From Auanema rhodensis (Eukaryota > Animalia > Nematoda): a DNA stretch of 64,000 nt. Location: assembly GCA_964057225.1 (NCBI GenBank), contig OZ059895.1, forward strand, positions 23,374,001 to 23,438,000, read 5' to 3'. Positions 54,901 to 64,000 of the stretch are shown here, one piece after another (the first letter of the stretch is position 1; each line of letters starts with the position of its first letter). The position numbers and the translations under genes are program-made. The notes beneath the pieces were generated by a model, which saw nothing but the letters and a program-made list of their open reading frames with translations, ran no database searches and was not told the origin of the DNA.

Positions 54901-57900
54901 TCACCCTGAAGAATTAATTTTTTCGTTGAATAACAATGTCCATCGTCTTTGCCTTGAAAAAAGAAATCTAAAAACATCTACTTTTTGCTAAATTATTTTG
55001 AAATTTTTCGAAAAAATTTTTGTCAAAATGTTTTTAGAAGTAATGTTGAGTGTACATGGAAACTCAACATACACTAATGCATCATTTTTCAAACGATCAT
55101 AACTAATTTTTGTATTAAGCGTTTCTCAATGTAGTATAGTGCATTCGATGCGGATTTTTGAGCTGCAATGATCTGTGTTATCAGATTTGCGCTAGCTTAA
55201 AAATGCACCGAGATATCAACTGATATATGTTCACACTTATATCCTCGATTTTCACCCTGAAGAATTAATTTTTTCGTTGAATAACAATGTCCATCGTCTT
55301 TGCCTTGAAAAAAGGAATCTAAAAACATCTACTTTTTGCTAAATTATTTTGAAATTTTTCGAAAAAATTTTTGTCAAAATGTTTTTGGAAGCAATGTTGA
55401 GTGTACATGGAAACTCAACATACACTAATGCATCATTTTTCAAACGATCATAACTAATTTTTGTATTAAGCGTTTCTCAATGTAGTATAGTGCATTCGAT
55501 GCGGATTTTTAAGCTGCGTCGTTCTGTGTTATCAGATTTGCGCTAGCTTAAAAATGCACCGAGATATCAACTGATATAAGTTCACACTTATATCCTCGAT
55601 TTTCACCCTGAAGAATTAATTTTTTCGTTGAATAACAATGTCCATCGTCTTTGCCTTGAAAAAAGAAATCTAAAAACATCTACTTTTTGCTAAATTATTT
55701 TGAAATTTTTCGAAAAAATTTTTGTCAAAATGTTTTTAGAAGTAATGTTGAGTGTACATGGAAACTCAACATACACTAATGCATCATTTTTCAAACGATC
55801 ATAACTAATTTTTGTATTAAGCGTTTCTCAATGTAGTATAGTGCATTCGATGCGGATTTTTAAGCTGCAATGATCTGTGTTATCAGATTTGCGCTAGCTT
55901 AAAAATGCACCGAGATATCAACTGATATAAGTTCACACTTATATCCTCGATTTTCACCCTGAAGAATTAATTTTTTCGTTGAATAACAATGTCCATCGTC
56001 TTTGCCTTGAAAAAAGAAATCTAAAAACATCTACTTTTTGCTAAATTATTTTGAAATTTTTCGAAAAAATTTTTGTCAAAATGTTTTTGGAAGCAATGTT
56101 GAGTGTACATGGAAACTCAACATACACTAATGCATCATTTTTCAAACGATCATAACTAATTTTTGTATTAAGCGTTTCTCAATGTAGTATAGTGCATTCG
56201 ATGCGGATTTTTAAGCTGCGTCGATCTGTGTTATCAGATTTGCGCTAGCTTAAAAATGCACCGAGATATCAACTGATATATGTTCACACTTATATCCTCG
56301 ATTTTCACCCTGAAGAATTAATTTTTTCGTTGAATAACAATGTTCATCGTCTTTGCCTTGAAAAAAGGAATCTAAAAACATCTACTTTTTGCTAAATTAT
56401 TTTGAAATTTTTCGAAAAAATTTTTGTCAAAATGTTTTTGGAAGCAATGTTGAGTGTACATGGAAACTCAACATACACTAATGCATCATTTTTCAAACGA
56501 TCATAACTAATTTTTGTATTAAGCGTTTCTCAATGTAGTATAGTGCATTCGATGCGGATTTTTAAGCTGCGTCGTTCTGTGTTATCAGATTTGCGCTAGC
56601 TTAAAAATGCACCGAGATATCAACTGATATAAGTTCACACTTATATCCTCGATTTTCACCCTGAAGAATTAATTTTTTCGTTGAATAACAATGTCCATCG
56701 TCTTTGCCTTGAAAAAAGAAATCTAAAAACATCTACTTTTTGCTAAATTATTTTGAAATTTTTCGAAAAAATTTTTGTCAAAATGTTTTTAGAAGTAATG
56801 TTGAGTGTACATGGAAACTCAACATACACTAATGCATCATTTTTCAAACGATCATAACTAATTTTTGTATTAAGCGTTTCTCAATGTAGTATAGTGCATT
56901 CGATGCGGATTTTTAAGCTGCAATGATCTGTGTTATCAGATTTGCGCTAGCTTAAAAATGCACCGAGATATCAACTGATATAAGTTCACACTTATATCCT
57001 CGATTTTCACCCTGAAGAATTAATTTTTTCGTTGAATAACAATGTCCATCGTCTTTGCCTTGAAAAAAGAAATCTAAAAACATCTACTTTTTGCTAAATT
57101 ATTTTGAAATTTTTCGAAAAAATTTTTGTCAAAATGTTTTTAGAAGTAATGTTGAGTGTACATGGAAACTCAACATACACTAATGCATCATTTTTCAAAC
57201 GATCATAACTAATTTTTGTATTAAGCGTTTCTCAATGTAGTATAGTGCATTCGATGCGGATTTTTAAGCTGCAATGATCTGTGTTATCAGATTTGCGCTA
57301 GCTTAAAAATGCACCGAGATATCAACTGATATAAGTTCACACTTATATCCTCGATTTTCACCCTGAAGAATTAATTTTTTCGTTGAATAACAATGTCCAT
57401 CGTCTTTGCCTTGAAAAAAGAAATCTAAAAACATCTACTTTTTGCTAAATTATTTTGAAATTTTTCGAAAAAATTTTTGTCAAAATGTTTTTAGAAGTAA
57501 TGTTGAGTGTACATGGAAACTCAACATACACTAATGCATCATTTTTCAAACGATCATAACTAATTTTTGTATTAAGCGTTTCTCAATGTAGTATAGTGCA
57601 TTCGATGCGGATTTTTAAGCTGCAATGATCTGTGTTATCAGATTTGCGCTAGCTTAAAAATGCACCGAGATATCAACTGATATAAGTTCACACTTATATC
57701 CTCGATTTTCACCCTGAAGAATTAATTTTTTCGTTGAATAACAATGTCCATCGTCTTTGCCTTGAAAAAAGAAATCTAAAAACATCTACTTTTTGCTAAA
57801 TTATTTTGAAATTTTTCGAAAAAATTTTTGTCAAAATGTTTTTGGAAGCAATGTTGAGTGTACATGGAAACTCAACATACACTAATGCATCATTTTTCAA

Positions 57901-57974
57901 ACGATCATAACTAATTTTTGTATTAAGCGTTTCTCAATATAGTATAGTGCATTCGATGCGGATTTTTAAGCTGC

Positions 57975-58324
57975 GTCGATCTGTGTTATCAGATTTGCGC
58001 TAGCTTAAAAATGCACCGAGATATCAACTGATATATGTTCACACTTATATCCTCGATTTTCACCCTGAAGAATTAATTTTTTCGTTGAATAACAATGTTC
58101 ATCGTCTTTGCCTTGAAAAAAGGAATCTAAAAGATCTACTTTTTGCTAAATTATTTTGAAATTTTTCGAAAAAATTTTTGTCAAAATGTTTTTGGAAGCA
58201 ATGTTGAGTGTACATGGAAACTCAACATACACTAATGCATCATTTTTCAAACGATCATAACTAATTTTTGTATTAAGCGTTTCTCAATGTAGTATAGTGC
58301 ATTCGATGCGGATTTTTAAGCTGC
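57975..58324 (+). repeat. 350-bp monomer (AC replaced by G)
   Basis: TAAAAACATCT becomes TAAAAGATCT; AGATCT lies at 58132-58137. Confidence 0.93.
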
Positions 58325-61300
58325 GTCGATCTGTGTTATCAGATTTGCGCTAGCTTAAAAATGCACCGAGATATCAACTGATATAAGTTCACACTTATAT
58401 CCTCGATTTTCACCCTGAAGAATTAATTTTTTCGTTGAATAACAATGTTCATCGTCTTTGCCTTGAAAAAAGGAATCTAAAAACATCTACTTTTTGCTAA
58501 ATTATTTTGAAATTTTTCGAAAAAATTTTTGTCAAAATGTTTTTGGAAGCAATGTTGAGTGTACATGGAAACTCAACATACACTAATGCATCATTTTTCA
58601 AACGATCATAACTAATTTTTGTATTAAGCGTTTCTCAATGTAGTATAGTGCATTCGATGCGGATTTTTAAGCTGCGTCGATCTGTGTTATCAGATTTGCG
58701 CTAGCTTAAAAATGCACCGAGATATCAACTGATATAAGTTCACACTTATATCCTCGATTTTCACCCTGAAGAATTAATTTTTTCGTTGAATAACAATGTC
58801 CATCGTCTTTGCCTTGAAAAAAGAAATCTAAAAACATCTACTTTTTGCTAAATTATTTTGAAATTTTTCGAAAAAATTTTTGTCAAAATGTTTTTAGAAG
58901 CAATGTTGAGTGTACATGGAAACTCAACATACACTAATGCATCATTTTTCAAACGATCATAACTAATTTTTGTATTAAGCGTTTCTCAATGTAGTGTACT
59001 GCATTCGATGCGGATTTTTAAGCTGCAATGATCTGTGTTATCAGATTTGCGCTAGCTTAAAAATGCACCGAGATATCAACTGATATAAGTTCACACTTAT
59101 ATCCTCGATTTTCACCCTGAAGAATTAATTTTTTCGTTGAATAACAATGTCCATCGTCTTTGCCTTGAAAAAAGAAATCTAAAAACATCTACTTTTTGCT
59201 AAATTATTTTGAAATTTTTCGAAAAAATTTTTGTCAAAATGTTTTTGGAAGCAATGTTGAGTGTACATGGAAACTCAACATACACTAATGCATCATTTTT
59301 CAAACGATCATAACTAATTTTTGTATTAAGCGTTTCTCAATGTAGTATAGTGCATTCGATGCAGATTTTTAAGCTGCGTCGATCTGTGTTATCAGATTTG
59401 CGCTAACTTAAAAATGCACCGAGATATCAACTGATATATGTTCACACTTATATCCTCGATTTTCACCCTGAAGAATTAATTTTTTCGTTGAATAACAATG
59501 TCCATCGTCTTTGCCTTGAAAAAAGGAATCTAAAAACATCTACTTTTTGCTAAATTATTTTGAAATTTTTCGAAAAAATTTTTGTCAAAATGTTTTTGGA
59601 AGCAATGTTGAGTGTACATGGAAACTCAACATACACTAATGCATCATTTTTCAAACGATCATAACTAATTTTTGTATTAAGCGTTTCTCAATGTAGTATA
59701 GTGCATTCGATGCGGATTTTTAAGCTGCGTCGATCTGTGTTATCAGATTTGCGCTAGCTTAAAAATGCACCGAGATATCAACTGATATAAGTTCACACTT
59801 ATATCCTCGATTTTCACCCTGAAGAATTAATTTTTTCGTTGAATAACAATGTCCATCGTCTTTGCCTTGAAAAAACAAATCTAAAAACATCTACTTTTTG
59901 CTAAATTATTTTGAAATTTTTCGAAAAAATTTTTGTCAAAATGTTTTTGGAAGCAATGTTGAGTGTACATGGAAACTCAACATACACTAATGCATCATTT
60001 TTCAAACGATCATAACTAATTTTTGTATTAAGCGTTTCTCAATGTAGTATAGTGCATTCGATGCGGATTTTTAAGCTGCGTCGATCTGTGTTATCAGATT
60101 TGCGCTAGCTTAAAAATGCACCGAGATATCAACTGATATATGTTCACACTTATATCCTCGATTTTCACCCTGAAGAATTAATTTTTTCGTTGAATAACAA
60201 TGTCCATCGTCTTTGCCTTGAAAAAAGGAATCTAAAAACATCTACTTTTTGCTAAATTATTTTGAAATTTTTCGAAAAAATTTTTGTCAAAATGTTTTTG
60301 GAAGCAATGTTGAGTGTACATGGAAACTCAACATACACTAATGCATCATTTTTCAAACGATCATAACTAATTTTTGTATTAAGCGTTTCTCAATGTAGTA
60401 TAGTGCATTCGATGCGGATTTTTAAGCTGCGTCGATCTGTGTTATCAGATTTGCGCTAGCTTAAAAATGCACCGAGATATCAACTGATATAAGTTCACAC
60501 TTATATCCTCGATTTTCACCCTGAAGAATTAATTTTTTCGTTGAATAACAATGTCCATCGTCTTTGCCTTGAAAAAACAAATCTAAAAACATCTACTTTT
60601 TGCTAAATTATTTTGAAATTTTTCGAAAAAATTTTTGTCAAAATGTTTTTGGAAGCAATGTTGAGTGTACATGGAAACTCAACATACACTAATGCATCAT
60701 TTTTCAAACGATCATAACTAATTTTTGTATTAAGCGTTTCTCAATGTAGTATAGTGCATTCGATGCGGATTTTTAAGCTGCGTCGATCTGTGTTATCAGA
60801 TTTGCGCTAGCTTAAAAATGCACCGAGATATCAACTGATATAAGTTCACACTTATATCCTCGATTTTCACCCTGAAGAATTAATTTTTTCGTTGAATAAC
60901 AATGTCCATCGTCTTTGCCTTGAAAAAAGAAATCTAAAAACATCTACTTTTTGCTAAATTATTTTGAAATTTTTCGAAAAAATTTTTGTCAAAATGTTTT
61001 TGGAAGCAATGTTGAGTGTACATGGAAACTCAACATACACTAATGCATCATTTTTCAAACGATCATAACTAATTTTTGTATTAAGCGTTTCTCAATGTAG
61101 TATAGTGCATTCGATGCAGATTTTTAAGCTGCGTCGATCTGTGTTATCAGATTTGCGCTAGCTTAAAAATGCACCGAGATATCAACTGATATAAGTTCAC
61201 ACTTATATCCTCGATTTTCACCCTGAAGAATTAATTTTTTCGTTGAATAACAATGTCCATCGTCTTTGCCTTGAAAAAAGGAATCTAAAAACATCTACTT

Positions 61301-64000
61301 TTTGCTAAATTATTTTGAAATTTTTCGAAAAAATTTTTGTCAAAATGTTTTTGGAAGCAATGTTGAGTGTACATGGAAACTCAACATACACTAATGCATC
61401 ATTTTTCAAACGATCATAACTAATTTTTGTATTAAGCGTTTCTCAATGTAGTATAGTGCATTCGATGCGGATTTTTAAGCTGCGTCGATCTGTTTTATCA
61501 GATTTGCGCTAGCTTAAAAATGCACCGAGATATCAACTGATATAAGTTCACACTTATATCCTCGATTTTCACCCTGAAGAATTAATTTTTTCGTTGAATA
61601 ACAATGTCCATCGTCTTTGCCTTGAAAAAAGGAATCTAAAAACATCTACTTTTTGCTAAATTATCTTGAAATTTTTTGAAAAAATTTTTGTCAAAATGTT
61701 TTTGGAAGCAATGTTGAGTGTACATGGAAACTCAACATACACTAATGCATCATTTTTCAAACGATCATAACTAATTTTTGTATTGAGCGTTTCTCAATGT
61801 AGTATAGTGCATTCGATGCGGATTTTTAAGCTGCGTCGATCTGTTTTATCAGATTTGCGCTAGCTTAAAAATGCACCGAGATATCAACTGATATAAGTTC
61901 ACACTTATATCCTCGATTTTCACCCTGAAGAATTAATTTTTTCGTTGAATAACAATGTCCATCGTCTTTGCCTTGAAAAAAGAAATCTAAAAACATCTAC
62001 TTTTTGCTAAATTATTTTGAAATTTTTCGAAAAAATTTTTGTCAAAATGTTTTTAGAAGCAATGTTGAGTGTACATGGAAACTCAACATACACTAATGCA
62101 TCATTTTTCAAACGATCATAACTAATTTTTGTATTAAGCGTTTCTCAATGTAGTATAGTGCATTCGATGCGGATTTTTAAGCTGCAATGATCTGTGTTAT
62201 CAGATTTGCGCTAGCTTAAAAATGCACCGAGATATCAACTGATATAAGTTCACACTTATATCCTCGATTTTCACCCTGAAGAATTAATTTTTTCGTTGAA
62301 TAACAATGTCCATCGTCTTTGCCTTGAAAAAAGAAATCTAAAAACATCTACTTTTTGCTAAATTATTTTGAAATTTTTCGAAAAAATTTTTGTCAAAATG
62401 TTTTTGGAAGCAATGTTGAGTGTACATGGAAACTCAACATACACTAATGCATCATTTTTCAAACGATCATAACTAATTTTTGTATTAAGCGTTTCTCAAT
62501 GTAGTATAGTGCATTCGATGCAGATTTTTAAGCTGCGTCGATCTGTGTTATCAGATTTGCGCTAGCTTAAAAATGCACCGAGATATCAACTGATATATGT
62601 TCACACTTATATCCTCGATTTTCACCCTGAAGAATTAATTTTTTCGTTGAATAACAATGTCCATCGTCTTTGCCTTGAAAAAAGAAATCTAAAAACATCT
62701 ACTTTTTGCTAAATTATTTTGAAATTTTTCGAAAAAATTTTTGTCAAAATGTTTTTGGAAGCAATGTTGAGTGTACATGGAAACTCAACATACACTAATG
62801 CATCATTTTTCAAACGATCATAACTAATTTTTGTATTAAGCGTTTCTCAATGTAGTATAGTGCATTCGATGCGGATTTTTAAGCTGCGTCGATCTGTGTT
62901 ATCAGATTTGCGCTAGCTTAAAAATGCACCGAGATATCAACTGATATATGTTCACACTTATATCCTCGATTTTCACCCTGAAGAATTAATTTTTTCGTTG
63001 AATAACAATGTCCATCGTCTTTGCCTTGAAAAAAGAAATCTAAAAACATCTACTTTTTGCTAAATTATTTTGAAATTTTTCGAAAAAATTTTTGTCAAAA
63101 TGTTTTTGGAAGCAATGTTGAGTGTACATGGAAACTCAACATACACTAATGCATCATTTTTCAAACGATCATAACTAATTTTTGTATTAAGCGTTTCTCA
63201 ATGTAGTATAGTGCATTCGATGCGGATTTTTAAGCTGCGTCGATCTGTGTTATCAGATTTGCGCTAGCTTAAAAATGCACCGAGATATCAACTGATATAA
63301 GTTCACACTTATATCCTCGATTTTCACCCTGAAGAAATAATTTTTTCGTTGAATAACAATGTCCATCGTCTTTGCCTTAAAAAAACAAATCTAAAAACAT
63401 CTACTTTTTGCTAAATTATTTTGAAATTTTTCGAAAAAATTTTTGTCAAAATGTTTTTGGAAGCAATGTTGAGTGTACATGGAAACTCAACATACACTAA
63501 TGCATCATTTTTCAAACGATCATAACTAATTTTTGTATTAAGCGTTTCTCAATGTAGTATAGTGCATTCGATGCGGATTTTTAAGCTGCGTCGATCTGTG
63601 TTATCAGATTTGCGCTAGCTTAAAAATGCACCGAGATATCAACTGATATAAGTTCACACTTATATCCTCGATTTTCACCCTGAAGAATTAATTTTTTCGT
63701 TGAATAACAATGTTCATCGTCTTTGCCTTGAGAAAAGGAATCTAAAAACATCTACTTTTTGCTAAATTATTTTGAAATTTTTCGAAAAAATTTTTGTCAA
63801 AATGTTTTTGGAAGCAATGTTGAGTGTACATGGAAACTCAACATACACTAATGCATCATTTTTCAAACGATCATAACTAATTTTTGTATTAAGCGTTTCT
63901 CAATGTAGTATAGTGCATTCGATGCGGATTTTTAAGCTGCGTCGATCTGTGTTATCAGATTTGCGCTAGCTTAAAAATGCACCGAGATATCAACTGATAT

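Larger units (their letters stand above)
1..64000 (+). repeat. Tandem satellite DNA array, 351-bp monomer, 183 complete copies plus one partial
   Basis: The unit start GTCGATCTG recurs at 1, 352, 703 ... 63941. The length arithmetic closes exactly: 183x351 - 3x91 - 3x4 - 7 - 1 = 63940. No inversion or foreign insertion seen. The array runs off both window ends. Confidence 0.99.

Noticed and set aside
1-64000. CRISPR array or other repeat-spacer system
   Set aside because: There are no unique spacers; the entire 351 bp repeats and there are no cas genes.

Overview
The whole 64-kb window is one uninterrupted, head-to-tail satellite DNA array of an AT-rich (~32% GC) 351-bp monomer. It holds 183 complete units plus a 60-bp partial unit, all in one orientation. 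I see no genes, RNA genes, transposon ORFs, CRISPR array or unique sequence. It reads as eukaryotic heterochromatic, possibly centromeric, satellite; I cannot name the species or family. Units differ mostly at about a dozen recurrent sites. Eight units differ in length: three 260-bp units (91-bp deletion), three 347-bp units and one 344-bp unit (T10-CAC replacement patch), and one 350-bp unit. The interesting signal is structural. The monomer is dense in inverted repeats, and several complex mutations look templated from elsewhere in the monomer. Shared rare variants record nested 2-, 3-, 6-, 7- and 13-unit duplications and regional variant turnover. The three predicted 63-aa ORFs start with TTG and arise from stop-codon loss in a rare monomer class; they are probably not genes. 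I find no support for a new protein-coding system.
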